Shown here: one piece after another, positions 1-12,419 of the stretch | Numbering within the stretch: the stretch's first letter is position 1 | Layout: every line of letters starts with the position of its first letter | The notes under the pieces: generated by a model | What the model saw: the letters and a program-made list of their open reading frames with translations, nothing else | Database searches by the model: none | What the model was told of the DNA's origin: nothing | Program-made: the position numbers and the translations under genes | NCBI RefSeq assembly: GCF_006345805.1 | Contig: NC_043006.1 | Span: forward strand, 21,948,001 to 22,012,000 | Source: Octopus sinensis | Taxonomy: Eukaryota | DNA length: 64,000 bases | Direction of reading: 5' to 3'

Positions 1-76
1 TAGCTAAGAGATTTTCACAGTGTGATTGCTTGTTTTTAAAATGACATTGTAGGTTATGTATGAGAAACCAAATCTG

Positions 77-611
77 GTCAGTTTAAACAGAAATGACTAG
101 TGACCGAGACCTATGGAAGTATGCTGCGTGTGAGAAAACCCGGCAGGACAAGTGAGACCATAAACCATGGCCTCTACCTGGGATGTAGCCAGTCCACTTA
201 TACATACTTTTCCTTCCTGGGACATAAAACTCTATTTGCGAAGACCTGTTGAGGCAAGTGAAGATCAAAATCGAAATCGATCAACATCAATGGAAATTGT
301 AGTTGTGATACCAGTACCGGTGGCACGTAAGAGAACCATCCGAACGTGGCTGTTGCCAGCGCTGCCCCAACGGGTCCAGCACCATCCGACCATGGCCGTT
401 TGCTAGCCCTGTCTGGCACCTGTGCCAGTGGAACGTAAAATGCACCCACTACACTCACGGAGTGGTTGGCGTTAGGAAGGGCATCCAGCCGTAGAAACAT
501 TGCCAGATCAGACTGGGCCTGGTGCAGCCTTCTGGCTTCCCAGACCCCAGTTGAACCGTCCAACCCATGCTAGCATGGAAAGCGGACGGTAAATGATGAT
601 GATGATGATGG
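77..611 (+). mobile_element. Non-LTR 3' end or SINE with (GAT)n tail
   Basis: Last ~200 bp near-identical to 2270-2481; inserted into a TTAA MITE. Confidence 0.7.
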
Positions 612-715
612 TAGAATACTTAGGCTGAATATAGCCAGTTTGAATGCTAAAGGGCTAAACAACCAACATCTGATGCCAATTCCGGACTGAGCAATAAATC
701 CATTTCTAGACATGT

Positions 716-907
716 ATTATAATAATAATAATAATAATAATAAAATTATTGTATACAGTGCTCAGGTGCACCACAACTTGTCAAAAGTGCATATAAAGCA
801 TATGCAGTAATGTACAAATGTCTGGAAAGTGAACAGTGTATGAGTCAGATACAAGCTTGCATGTGTATGGAGGGAAGAAAATCAGGTGTAGTGTTGGCGA
901 ATCTCAG
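716..907 (-). mobile_element. CR1-like LINE 3' end
   Basis: Near-identical to 4840-5010, with (AAT)n tail. Confidence 0.75.
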
Positions 908-1078
908 TACTGAAGAAACGAGAAGGACAGGTTGAAGAATTAATCTCATTGCAATTAATATTGAACTGAAAATAAAATAAATATACAAAAAAAAAAATGT
1001 AACAAAACTTTTGTTTCAGAACAAAATTTTACACAGATCTCTGAACAATTAGTTCTTTCAATTTTTATTTATAGAGTT

Positions 1079-1465
1079 CTAGCAGTATCGCCCGGCGTTG
1101 CTCGGGTTTGTAAGGGAAATAACTATATAAGCATTTTTAGAGAGTTATAGCCAAAAAATAGCAAAAGAATGCATTAAAAATGGGAAAAAAATGATGGTAA
1201 ATTTTTTTTTAAATCGTTGACTCATTGTAGACATTTTTAGAGAGTTACTTCCCTTATATAATAGCGAAAGAAATGCATTAAAATGGAAAAAAATGATGGT
1301 AATTTTTTTTTAAATCGTAGACACACGCTAATACCCAGAAGGGCTCGATATGAATCACGACTATAAGATACCCGGTTTTGGTTAAACTGCACCGCAAAAT
1401 GTGGGAGTAGTTAGGAATCTAAATTGTAGGAGACAGACACACAACTTCTCTTTTATATATAAAGA
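1079..1465 (-). mobile_element. Non-autonomous Helitron
   Basis: 5' TC, 3' hairpin CCCG..CGGG then CTAG; same family as 11698-12081. Confidence 0.8.
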
Positions 1466-1790
1466 TGTCTTCAACAAATCACCCCAAAATAATTTCTGTA
1501 TGTATATATTTAACAACATGGGTTTTAAATGGAAATCATTTTCTGAAAATTTCACATCAATTGGATTTTACACCTGTGTTTTTCCCAGTCGTGGTTAATT
1601 AAATTGTTTCTGAATGAAACAAATGACAGTGTGTATTTGTGAATAACAAGACAGAGATTTAAGGAGTGTTGGAATTGTATTCATCTGTCAAGTGCTTTGA
1701 TCTGAGACTGAGATTGTAGTATAGAAGATACATTTTGGTTAACTTCATTTACTCATATGGTGTCAAAATTTTGGCAGAATTCTGCTTTAA

Positions 1791-1962
1791 CCCCTTACCC
1801 GGCAGAAACGAATATATGCGTTTTGACCGAAATCGTTTTTTTCTATCTCTGGCGAGTTAACTCGTCAAAAGATAGACTCGCCAAAATCATAGTAAAATAA
1901 AACAATTAAAAAATATGTCTGAAAAAATACATTTATTTTCAAAATAATTGTTGGGTAAGGGG
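1791..1962. mobile_element. TTAA-specific MITE nested in a larger TIR element (~1777-2706)
   Basis: TTAA-CCCCTTACCC...GGGTAAGGGG-TTAA; host TIRs AATTCTGCTTTAAGCA / TGCTTAAAGCAGAATT. Confidence 0.7.
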
Positions 1963-2223
1963 TTAAGCACCCCATATAACTCCTCGTAAATTTAAAAAAT
2001 TTTTTCGGAATTTTTGGAAAACTTTTGTGAATTAGTATTTGACACAGGAATTCACATGACCATGAAAGAAAAAATTTGTTTGATTGTTCAAAATATTTTT
2101 CTTCAAACTTTTTCAACTTTTTTCTTTTTAAAACAGTTAAAAATACAGACAGTCCAAAAATTTTAGCTTAAATCTCAAGAATAGACCATTAAATGTGGTT
2201 ATAGAGAAAAAGATATTGAAAAG

Positions 2224-2481
2224 CCTGTGCCGGTGGCACGTAAAAAGCACCATCCGATCGTGGCCATTTGTCAGCCTTGTCTGGCACCTGTGCCGGTGGC
2301 ACGTAAAAAGTACCCACTACACTCGTGGAGTGGTTGGCGTTAGGAAAGGCATCCAGCCGTAGAAACATTGCCAGATCAGACTGGGCCTGGTGCAGCCTTC
2401 TGGCTTCCCAGACCCCAGTTGCACTGTCCAACCCATGCCAGCATGGAAAGCGGATGCTAAATGATGATGATGCTGATGATG
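2224..2481 (+). mobile_element. Same family as 77-611
   Basis: Direct sequence match and (GAT)n tail. Confidence 0.7.
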
Positions 2482-4083
2482 ACATCAAACAGACAAAGAA
2501 AGAAAGAAGGTATGAGGTGATCATGAGATGTGCTAAAAATAACAGCTAAATAGCCCTTAACTCATGCACCCAAAAAATTTTTTTGGGGTTTTTGCATAAT
2601 CATATGAATTCCTATGTGTAGAACACAAATTCCAAAAAGTTTTCTGAAAATTCCTAAAAATAAAAAAAAGTTATGAGGGGTTCTATGGCATGCTTAAAGC
2701 AGAATTACACCGACATTTTCGCTATGCTAACTGTGACCTGTTCACTGACACTCAGGGAGTGATCTCCAACATATTTCACATTATTTTCTCCTCTGGTTTG
2801 CTCGGCGTTTTCAAATCTGATAAATCTTTTCCAGTCTGTGTTCTGCTGTAGATTACAAGTGGAGATTTAGTTCACACAGAATAATTCCCTAAATATTTCA
2901 CACTGGTATCATTCCAATTCCTCTAGTGTGTATTGATTTATCAATTACAAGTTCTGTATTGATATCAGCTACAAGTCCAACCTATGCCAGCATGGAACAT
3001 GGACTTCAAATGATGAAGTTTTTAATAGTTAACATGTAAGGATTTCCCAGATATTTTAGACAATGGATTTCTTTCAAGAAGGAGCTCAATATGTAAACTA
3101 TAAGATAAGAATTCATAGAGAATAATTTCTGACATATTTCACCATGATAATAATGCCTATCAATGAATACTTATTGGTGGACTATAAGTTAAGATTTGAA
3201 AGAGATGAAATTCTCAGGTGTGTAGTGGTTAAGCGTATATGTAAACAAATATGTAAACCGATCCATAATTGAAAACAATTTATTTACAGGGTTTGATTCG
3301 TTATAATTACACTACATACAAAATGTTGGCAACTGCTATGAGTTGCTAGAAATACAGAGTACATTTGTGGGTGTAATATCAGGAATGAATATGTTTGTGT
3401 GTGCGTGGTTCATTTGAGAGTAGTCTATCATGGCACTTCGAACATTTCTCTCGGTGTCTGCGGTCTGCCAAAACCTTGGGTCGTATCGTAGATCTTTTCT
3501 CGTCTGCCTGCCTGCCTGCCTTTCTGTTTCACCACTGTATTTATAATAAAACGTGGAAGCTAGAAAGACAGACATACTGCAACAGAGTTTGTACCTAAAT
3601 AGGTCAGCCCCTGTCGCAGGTCAAAGGGAGATGATCACTCAATTTTTGACAAGACAAAGAAAACCTTTTTTCGCACCTGTTGATCGTCGTGGTTTGGACG
3701 ACCGAGAATTCTTGGATTCGGTTTCGAATCTAGGCTTGGAGAAGGAAGTGTTAATTCTTACAGGTGTTCACATTTAATCCTTCCAAACTGTTTTGAACTG
3801 CTCAAGCATTATCTTCTTGTGTTGAGATTTCAATGATGTGCTTGTTTACTTTTTTAGTATATCATTGTAGGGTAGGTGTGAGAGACTGAATATGGCTAGT
3901 TTGAACATAAAACAAATATAATATTTGAATCATATATGACTGGTTTAAATGCTAACGAATTAAGAAATTTCCCTCCCGTGTTTGCTTGCTGTCTTTTCAA
4001 GAGACTGTTAGTAATAAATGATTTTCCAAAACGAAGTGATGTACTTTTCCTCCAGTGTGTATTCATTTGTTTATATTTAAATT

Positions 4084-4367
4084 GTGGAGGCGCAATGGCC
4101 CAGTGGTTAGGGCAGCGGACTCGCGGTTTCGATTCCCAGACCGGGCGTTGTGAGTGTTTATTGAGCGAAAACACCTTAAAAGCTCCACGAGGCTCCGGCA
4201 GGGGGTGGTGATCCCTGCTGTACTCTTTCTTTCACTCTTTCTTCTGTTGGCCTGCTCGCTTAGCCAGTAGGGGGGGGGCGTCATTCGAAAGCTAAAACAA
4301 TGTGAACGCATTGTGACCAGCGATGTGTAACAACATCTGATGGTCTGGCCGGTCACGTGATCACATG
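4084..4367 (+). mobile_element. tRNA-derived SINE (family A)
   Basis: A box TGGCCCAGTGG, B box GTTTCGATTCC; 11-bp TSD ATATTTAAATT. Confidence 0.85.
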
Positions 4368-4442
4368 ATATTTAAATTACTATTGTTCACATAAGATTTG
4401 TCATATGTTTCACAGAACAGAGATTTTCTTCAGTGTATCTAA

Positions 4443-4750
4443 CTAGTGGCACTCCATCGGTCATATCGACAAAGATTGATCCAATCAGTAGAACAGCCTG
4501 CTTGTGAAATTAAAATGCAAGTGAGTGAGCACTCCACAGACACGTGTACCCATAACATAATTCTCAGGGTGGTTCAGCATGACACCGAATGTGACAAGAC
4601 TGGCCCTTTGAATCACAGGCACAATTCATTTTTGCCAGCTGAATGGATTGGAGCACCATGAAATAAAGGGTCTTCCTCAAAGACACGATGTGCTGCCACA
4701 TATCAAACTCAAGAGCCAAACAACCTAACCACTAACCCATGTGCCTTCTA
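4443..4750 (-). mobile_element. tRNA-derived SINE (old)
   Basis: 11-bp TSD AGTGTATCTAA; tail related to 57110-57283; related copy at ~44717-45008. Confidence 0.7.
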
Positions 4751-4816
4751 AGTGTATCTAAGTTTGCAGCTTTATAATTCCAAGACCCATATCCATCCCA
4801 TAATGGTAATGTTTTA

Positions 4817-5498
4817 ATAATAATAATAATAATGTTAATAATGAAATTATTGTATACAGTGCTCAGGTGCACCACAACTTGTCAGAATGTGTGTATAAAG
4901 TATATGCAGTAATGTACAAATGTCTGGAAAGTGAACAGTGTATGAGTCAGATACATGCTTGTGTGTGTATGGAGGGGAGGAAAATCAGGTGTAGTGTTGG
5001 CAAATCTCAGAAAGCATGGAAGCTTTGAAGGATGCAGTGCTCCGACAACTAACAACTGATGCCGGCAGTTTGTTCCATGTTTCAGCAACTCTCAGTGTAA
5101 AAAATGTTTCCTAAAGTCATGGGAGCTGTGCTGTTTTCTGACTTTGGAAATATGTCCATGGGTGGAGTTTGAAAAGGTGCTCAGAGTTATTGTTTGTAAG
5201 ATGGTTAATAATTTTATGGGTGTCTGCCAAGTCAACTGCCAGACGTCGGAGTTTCAATGTGTCCATGCCCAGGGAAGTAAGGCATTCAGAATATGCCTTA
5301 CTGGCTAACAATCTCAGGAAGCATGGAAGTTTTGAAGGATGCAGTGCTCCGACAACTAACAACTGATGCTGGCAGTTTGTTCCATGCTTCAGCAACTCTT
5401 AGCGTGAAAAAATGTTTCCAAAAGTCATGGGAGCTGTGCTGTTTTCTGACTTTGTAAATATGTCCACGGGTGTTAGACGGGTGGAGTTTGAAAAGTTT
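4817..5498 (-). mobile_element. Two tandem CR1-like LINE 3' fragments
   Basis: LGMDTLKLRRLAVDL..HKII, HDFRKHFF..RVAE.WNKLPASVV; (TAT)n tail; 5005-5170 is repeated at 5308-5490. Confidence 0.8.
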
Positions 5499-5501
5499 TG
5501 T

Positions 5502-6560
5502 TCATGTGTGTATTTGTTTATGTACTATAAGGGAGGAATTCTGACCGAATGCTTTGCCACAGATCTCACAGCGATAGGGTCTCTCTCCAGTGTGACTACG
5601 TATGTGAATAACAAGATTCGAATTTAAAGAGAAAGCTTTGCCACAGATTTCACATTGGAATGGTTTCTCTCCCGTGTGGCTACGAACATGGATAACAAGA
5701 TGAGAATTAAGAGAAAAAGTCTTGCCACAGATTTCACAAGGGTATGGTTTCTCCCCCGTATGTACCCTTCTGTGCCTTTTCAAATCGCTATTACTGACAA
5801 AACACTTCCCACATATCTCACAATGATAGGGTTTTTCCCCAGTGTGAACTCTTTTGGTATGTGTTGCCAAATTAATGTTAGAAACGAATGCTTTCTCGCA
5901 AATTTCACAGTGATATGGCCTTTCTCCGGTGTGACAACGTCTATGTACTACAAGATGAGAATTAGCAGAGAAAGATTTACCACATATCTCACAACGAAAT
6001 GGTTTCTCCCCTGTGTGAACTCTTCTATGTGTTGTCAAGACACTGTTTATCGCAAAGGCCTTCCCGCACACATCACAGCGATAAGGTTTCTCCCCAGTAT
6101 GGATTCGCCTATGCGTCGTTAACTTACTGTTAGAGATAAAAGATCTCTCACAAATTTCACAGGGATAAGGTTTCTCTCCAGTATGGATTCTGTTGTGAAC
6201 GACAAGACTAGAATTATCACAAAATCCTTTCCCACAGATCTCACAACGAAACGGTTTTTCTCCAGTATGGACTCTTCTATGTGCTGTTAAATTACTGTTA
6301 TTAATGAAATTTTTCCTGCATATTTCACAATGAAATATTTTCCTCTTCTTCTTCTTCTTCTTGTGTGTATCTTTGTGTGTTAAAACTTCATGTTTTGAAG
6401 AGAATATTTTCCTACAAATCTCACACCGATATTCAATAATATTTTTGTGCAATGATCTTTGTTTAGTAAATGCTTCCTTACCTAAAGATTTCTGAATCTC
6501 GTATGTCCGTGTAACTGAATCTATATTAGTATATATAGCTGTGTCAGAAGTGTCCCCCAT
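5502..6560 (-). CDS. C2H2 (Kruppel-type) zinc-finger protein, 11 fingers, single coding exon
   Basis: 352-aa ORF with 11 C-x2-C-x12-H-x3/4-H units, TGEKP/TGERP linkers and a poly-Lys (KKKKKKRK) NLS-like run; no KRAB/BTB visible. Possible acceptor ttttcag near 7100 suggests an upstream non-coding exon. Confidence 0.93.
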   Translation of the reverse strand: MGDTSDTAIYTNIDSVTRTYEIQKSLGKEAFTKQRSLHKNIIEYRCEICRKIFSSKHEVLTHKDTHKKKKKKRKIFHCEICRKNFINNSNLTAHRRVHTGEKPFRCEICGKGFCDNSSLVVHNRIHTGEKPYPCEICERSFISNSKLTTHRRIHTGEKPYRCDVCGKAFAINSVLTTHRRVHTGEKPFRCEICGKSFSANSHLVVHRRCHTGERPYHCEICEKAFVSNINLATHTKRVHTGEKPYHCEICGKCFVSNSDLKRHRRVHTGEKPYPCEICGKTFSLNSHLVIHVRSHTGEKPFQCEICGKAFSLNSNLVIHIRSHTGERPYRCEICGKAFGQNSSLIVHKQIHT

Positions 6561-6572
6561 ATTAATTTTTAA

Positions 6573-6793
6573 CCCTTTAATGTTCAGATTACTCTGTTAA
6601 ATGTAATACTTTTTCACTCAAATTGTTTTGAATTAATCATGCATTATCTTATAGCTTTGAGGTTTCAATGATGTGATTGTTTATTTTTAGAATGTCACTG
6701 TAGGTTAGGTGTGAGAGGCTAGATATGGCCAGTTTGAATATAAAACATGTAGAATATATTGGGCTGGATTTGGCCAGTTTAAACACTAAAGGG
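6573..6793. mobile_element. TTAA-specific (piggyBac-like) MITE
   Basis: TTAA-CCCTTTA...TAAAGGG-TTAA; related copies at 3778-3959 and 1-80/612-655. Confidence 0.8.
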
Positions 6794-7147
6794 TTAAGGA
6801 ATTCTTTTTAAGTCAAAAGATGTTTGTAGCATGATTCAATTTCTCATTTTGGCTATCATGGGATTCCGTTTACATGAGCAGATAATATGCAGTGTAGACA
6901 TATTTTCTGCTTACAACTAATATGCTTGTTGTTGACATGATCCTCTCCAAAGATTTCTGTTTCTACATTAATGAATGTGAATATGCTTAATTAGATATTA
7001 TGTGAGATAAAACACACAGAACATCTATAAATGACTGGTGGCAGATTTTTTGTTGGAATCGGCATTCTTCTGGTACAAGTTGTAAAGGAACAAACAGATC
7101 TGAAAAGCAAGGAAAAAAATAATGGTGTAAGACAGATAACAGATATC

Positions 7148-7195
<48 letters not shown>

Positions 7196-7356
7196 CTTAT
7201 ACAATATTTATTCGAGACAAAACCACTATTTTGCAAAACAAACAAAGAAAGACTTAATCAATACATAAAAAATTTTAATATAAAGTAAATATATACTTAT
7301 ACATATATATATATATACTTATACATATGTATATATATATGTAGATATATATATAT

Positions 7357-7542
7357 ATAATGTAAAGTATAGAAGCCATCTTATCATGGCTAACTACATT
7401 GGGGAGGGGGTTGTTACTGTAGCTTTATAGCCCCAAGAGATCTTCCACTAATGTTTATAACTCCGGGGCTATAAAGCTACAGTAACAACCCCCTCCCCAA
7501 TGTAGTTAGCCATGATAAGATGGCTTCTATACTTTACATTAT
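7357..7542. repeat. Perfect inverted repeat, 78-bp arms, 30-bp spacer
   Basis: 7357-7434 is the reverse complement of 7465-7542. Confidence 0.9.
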
Positions 7543-8278
7543 CAAGTGATTACTGTTTCAATCTCATTCTGAGATTTAATTATGCCTATATATATATACT
7601 TATACATATATGTACAAAAAATTCAGGTTGAATACTTGATAATTGTAAGCACCTGTATATGCCATTTAGTGGTGTAGGTGATAGAGTATATTTATCAAAA
7701 TAAAAACATGATGCAAAGGATTTAGCGGTACATATGTTTCTGGCTTTTATTAGACGGTTTATATCAATGCATAATTGATGTAATTTGTATGTCAATAGCC
7801 CAATTATGCATTGATATAAACCATCTAATAAAAGCCAGAAACATATGTACCATTAAATCCTTTGCATCATGTTTTTATTTTGATAAATATATATATGTAG
7901 ATATATATATATATATATACTTATGTAGATATATTAAATAATACCACATAACTTTATTCCTTATGGTGCTAATGATAGTGATTTAAAGGGAACAAGTTAA
8001 GGTGTTTCATGAACAATAATCTATATTAACGAATTTCTCTGCCGTTCGTTTTTCAATCAAGAAAATGTTTTAACACCGTAGAAATTGACAGGTTAGATAT
8101 TCCGAAAGGGCACCTCGTTTTTCCCTATATATCCTGTGGTCAAAGTGTCGAACTGGAAGGAACTACAGTAAGAAACACATACTGATAATTAATTTTCTCT
8201 TCACAAACCGAACCTACGGAGTTATAAACATTAGTCATAATGTCATCAATAAACAACATTGCTTAAATTTGAAATTAT

Positions 8279-8694
8279 GGATCTTTTCGGTTTGACCGGC
8301 AGTTTTTTCTAGCGGTGTCATATGAAATTGTCACCCATAATTATGACCCTAGAATCGATCTATTGCATTTCAATCTATTTTAGGGTTAGGGTTAGGGGTG
8401 GGGGGAAGGGTATCTTTTTTTCTTCACAAATGTAAATAAACCCAATCTGTTTCTTAAACGAGGGACATATTCATACGGCACAGAATGTTTTTTTTTTACC
8501 TCGATAGACGTCAGTGATTGGTTGAAATTGCAGAAATTGAAGGAAAAAAAACCAACAAATATCTTACAAGCTATAGAATTTTCTCAATAATGCCAAGAGA
8601 AAAAGATGTTTTATAAACACCAGTATACGAAGTTTAAAATTTTTTAGTTACCTAGAAATTATGTTAGAAACTGCCGTTCAAACCGTAAAGATCC
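8279..8694. mobile_element. MITE with GGATCTTTTC.. TIRs and 8-bp TSD
   Basis: TIRs GGATCTTTTCGGTTTGACCGGCAGTTT / AAACTGCCGTTCAAACCGTAAAGATCC; TSD GAAATTAT; internal TTAGGG repeats; partial copies at 54558-54748, 60876-61200 and 63724-64000. Confidence 0.85.
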
Positions 8695-9264
8695 GAAATT
8701 ATATGAAACGGATAAATATTTTTCAATCCAGAATGCATTAAATAAACGCATTATGCATTAAATAAATAACGTATAAGTTTATATAGTAAATAGTGAATAA
8801 GTTACCAGCATCCGTTGAAGTGTATTTAAATACTTCAGCTATCGATTAACCAGCCGATTCTTTATTGTGAGTATCGATCTGTTTGATGTTGTAGCATAAG
8901 GTTTTTTTCTTCATTGTTGAGTGTTTCACAGTCAGATAGACATTACAATAAATACAGTGTTCTATGGTGTTGCTGAGAGATTGGGTGGATCAGGTAAGAT
9001 TAATAAAGTTAATTAGGAATAACTGTTGACGTTTAAGTGCTTTAGAGCTTGATGACAACATAAAGCCCGTTTGTCATATGATTACAGGAAGTAGTATCAT
9101 ACGATAACCATAACAACAACAATAACAGGAAGCTGTATTGACAACCTAGAAACAATGTTACCATCTACCACTGATGGATTATTAGCGGTGCGGTGCCCAG
9201 CATTTCAAGTTCCCTGGTAAAATTGGCTTTTGCAAAACTGAAAGCTTCTAATCTTTCTTTTAAT

Positions 9265-9666
9265 CTTTTACTTGTTTCAGTCATTTGACTGCGGCCATGC
9301 TGGAGCACCGCCTTTAGTCGAGCAAATCGACCCCGGGACTTATTCTTTGTAAGCCCAGTACTTATTCTATCGGTCTCTTTGCCGAACCCCTAAGTTACGG
9401 GGACCTAAACACACCAGCATCGGTTGTCAAGCGATGTTGGGAGGACAAACACAGACATACAAACTCACACACACACACACATATATATATATATACATAT
9501 ATACGACGGGCTTCTTTCAGTTTCCGTCTACCAAATCCACTCACAAGGCTTTGGTCGGCCCGAGGCTATAGTAGATGTCACTTGCCCAAGGTGCCACGCA
9601 GTGGGAATGAACCCGGAACCATGTGGTTGGTAAAGAAGCTACTTACCACACAGCCACTCCTGCGCC
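9265..9666 (-). mobile_element. SINE family B (internal TA/TG microsatellite)
   Basis: Head GGCGCAGGAGTGGCTGTGTGGTAAG..GGTTCA.TCCC, tail GAAACAAGTAAAAG; nine or more copies in the window. Confidence 0.85.
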
Positions 9667-10301
9667 TTTTTAAAATTTTTATTTCAGCCGAGAGAGGGAA
9701 TGTAGGCGATGCTTCGGTATATGTACACACGTGACTTTGTTTACATTTCTGAAGATAACAGAAACCCTTTTCTCCCACCCCTAACACCCCATAAATAAAT
9801 AAAAAAAACACTTTTTTGAAATGTATCCGGTACTTACACCGGTACATATACCGAAGGTTCGCCGGAATGTAGTATCCATGACCCGTTATAGAGCCTCCGA
9901 GACAACTCGGAGAGTGGAAAGTATCCACAAATCCGAGACGTATCCAGAATGCTTGCAGCAGGGCGGGTTCTTCTAAAAACACCAGAGATGTCACATAGTG
10001 GAGTTGAACCGGGCGATAGAGTAAGCCTTCCATCCAAGTAGGGCATAGTGGGATTCGAACACGAAGAACAGAAACGAATATCGCAAAGTAACCAGTCCGA
10101 CGTATTTCAGTTCCACCGATCTAACACCCTGGATTGGTATTCCTTCATTCCTTGATTCTTTTACTTGTTTCAGCCCGCACTCCTAACCTCTACGCCATAT
10201 GCTCGTGGGCCCACGAGCATATGGCTTAGTGGTTAAGAGCGCGGGCTACTAACCCCCAAGATTCCGAGTTCGTTTCCAGGCAGTGAATGAATAATAATAA
10301 T

Positions 10302-11436
10302 GGATCTTTTCCTTTTGAACGGCACATTTCAACACAATTTCTAGTTAACTAAACACTTTAAAACTTCGTATACTGGTAGAATGTGTGTTAAAATAAAACA
10401 TTTTTTTCTCTTGGCTTTCTTGAGAAAATTGTAATTTGTTTGTTTAACGTAGTTTAATTTTTCGAATTTTAACCAATGAATCGCCTCTATTGAGCTAAAA
10501 TCATTTGCTGCATCTAAAACTGAGACAACATCCTGTCACTAACCCTAACCCTCACCCTAAATTTTAGCCTTTCGTATTTTTTTTCTTAATTGTTAAATTA
10601 ATTTAATTGTTACGCGTGTAAAAAAAACGAAAGCAATGGAAAATAATTGTTTAAATTATTTTCCATTGCTTTCGTTTTAGCCTTTCGTTTTTTTTTTTTT
10701 ACACTCGTAACAATTAAATTAATTTAACAATTGAGAAAAAAAAACTTTAGGGTTAGGGTTAGTGACAGGATGTTGTCTCAGTTTTAGACGCAGCAAATGA
10801 TTTTAGCTCAATTAGAGGCAACTGATTGGTTAAAATTCGAAAAATTAAACTACGTTAAACAAACATAGGCGCAGGAGTGGCTGTGTGGTAAGTAGCTTGC
10901 TTACCAACCACATGGTTCCGGGTTCAGTCCCACTGCGTAGCATCTTGGGCAAGTGTCTTCTGCTATAGCCTCGGGCCGACCAATGCCTTGTGAGTGGATT
11001 TGGTAGACGGAAACTGAAAGAAGCCCGTCGTATATATGTATATATATGTGTGTGTGTGTGTGTGTATATATGTTTGTGTGTCTGTGTTTGTCCCCCCACC
11101 ATCGCTTGACAACCGATGCTGGTGTGTTTAGGTCCCCGTAACTTAGCAGTTCGGCAAAAAAGAGACCGATAGAATAAGTACTGGGCTTACAAAGAATAAG
11201 TCCCGGGGTCGATTTGCTCGGCTAAAGGCGGTGCTCCAGCATGGCCACAGACAAATGACTGAAACAAGTAAAAGAGAGAGAGAGAAAAAAAGAGTAAACG
11301 AATTACAATTTTCTCAAGAAAGCCAAGAGAAATTTTTTTTTTTATTTTAACACACATTCTACCAGTATACGAAGTTTTAAAGTGTTTAGTTAACTAGAAA
11401 TTGTGTTGACATGTGCCATTCAAAAGGAAAAGATCC
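10302..11436. mobile_element. Foldback MITE (related TIR), interrupted by a SINE
   Basis: Nearly fully palindromic; TIR GGATCTTTTCCTTTTGAA; flanked by ATAATAAT; SINE at 10868-11290 in the right arm. Confidence 0.85.
10868..11290 (+). mobile_element. SINE family B
   Basis: Full-length match to the family. Confidence 0.85.
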
Positions 11437-11697
11437 ATAATAATAATAGAAGAAGGGGAACACAAGCAAGATTTGTTTTTTAACCGTTAATAGATTTAAC
11501 GTCAAAGAGGAAGAGAAGGAGGAGAAAGACAGAAATTAACAGAAAATTAAGAGTGGGATAATAAAGTGTGAAAGATGATTGGGAATAAAGTTTAAAAGCG
11601 TGGAAATAGGTATATGAAGTAAAAATGATTTGAATAACACCTGCAGTTGACTCCATTTCTTAATTTACACACACACACACACACACGCATACATATA

Positions 11698-12081
11698 TCT
11701 TTATCTATAAAAGTGAAGTTGTGTGTCTGTCTCCTACGAGTTAGATTCCTAACTAATCCCACATTTTGCGGTGCAGTTTAACCAAAAGCGGGTATCTTAT
11801 AGTCGTGATTCATATCGAGCCCTTCTGGGTATTAGCATGAGTCTACGATTTAAAAAAAAATTACCATCATTTTTTTCCATTTTAATGCATTTTTTCGCTA
11901 TTATATAAGGGAAGTAACTCTCTAAAAATGTCTACGGGGAGTCAACGATTTAAAAAAAAATACCATAATTTTTTTTCCATTTTTAATGCATTTTTTTGCT
12001 ATTTTTTGGTTATAACTCTCTAAAAATGCTTATATACTTATTTCCCTTACAAACCCGAGCAACGCCGGGCGATACTTCTAG
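11698..12081 (+). mobile_element. Non-autonomous Helitron
   Basis: A|TC...CCCGAGCAACGCCGGG-CGATACTT-CTAG|T, no TSD. Confidence 0.85.
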
Positions 12082-12302
12082 TATAGTATAGGACAATCAG
12101 TTAGTTGTCATAATAAAACTCAGAGTTTCGGATGTCGGAGCTGAAGCCTGCTACGATATCTCATCAGTTATTAAGACAAAAACGCTATGAAAAAAAAAAA
12201 AACGTTGAATAAAGGGAAGTTACTCTAATAGGCGTAGAGAAAGTAAAACTTAGTTCAGAGAGTCTGCATATACACACATATACATAGACGTACGCACGCA
12301 CA

Positions 12303-12350
<48 letters not shown>

Positions 12351-12419
12351 CTATACACATGTAAACATACATAAATACATGCATACACGCACACACACAC
12401 TTATATGTGTCCATGCACA

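Larger units (their letters stand above)
1490..4440 (-). pseudogene. Decayed C2H2 finger remnants downstream of the ZNF ORF, fragmented by TE insertions
   Basis: Minus-strand translations give CETYDKSYVNNSNL (~4375-4415), IHTGGK..FGKSFITNSLLKRQQANTGGK (~3965-4070), YQCEIF...RTQTGK (~2825-2910), CEICWRS (~2760-2780) and NTGVK..CEIF (~1540-1585), with stops and frameshifts. Confidence 0.6.

Noticed and set aside
5655-6122. 155-aa ORF antisense to the ZNF gene
   Set aside because: Shadow frame of the repetitive finger array, no independent motif.
6561-6830. ZNF ORF extended upstream before the MITE insertion
   Set aside because: Removing the TTAA MITE gives an in-frame TGA ten codons upstream of the ATG.
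8800-9135. Promoter or first exon of the ZNF gene (TATCGAT, CAGGAAG, GT donor-like sites)
   Set aside because: Short motifs expected by chance; cannot be supported without transcript data.
10215-10290. tRNA-like sequence with A and B boxes
   Set aside because: No acceptor stem; looks like a truncated SINE head.
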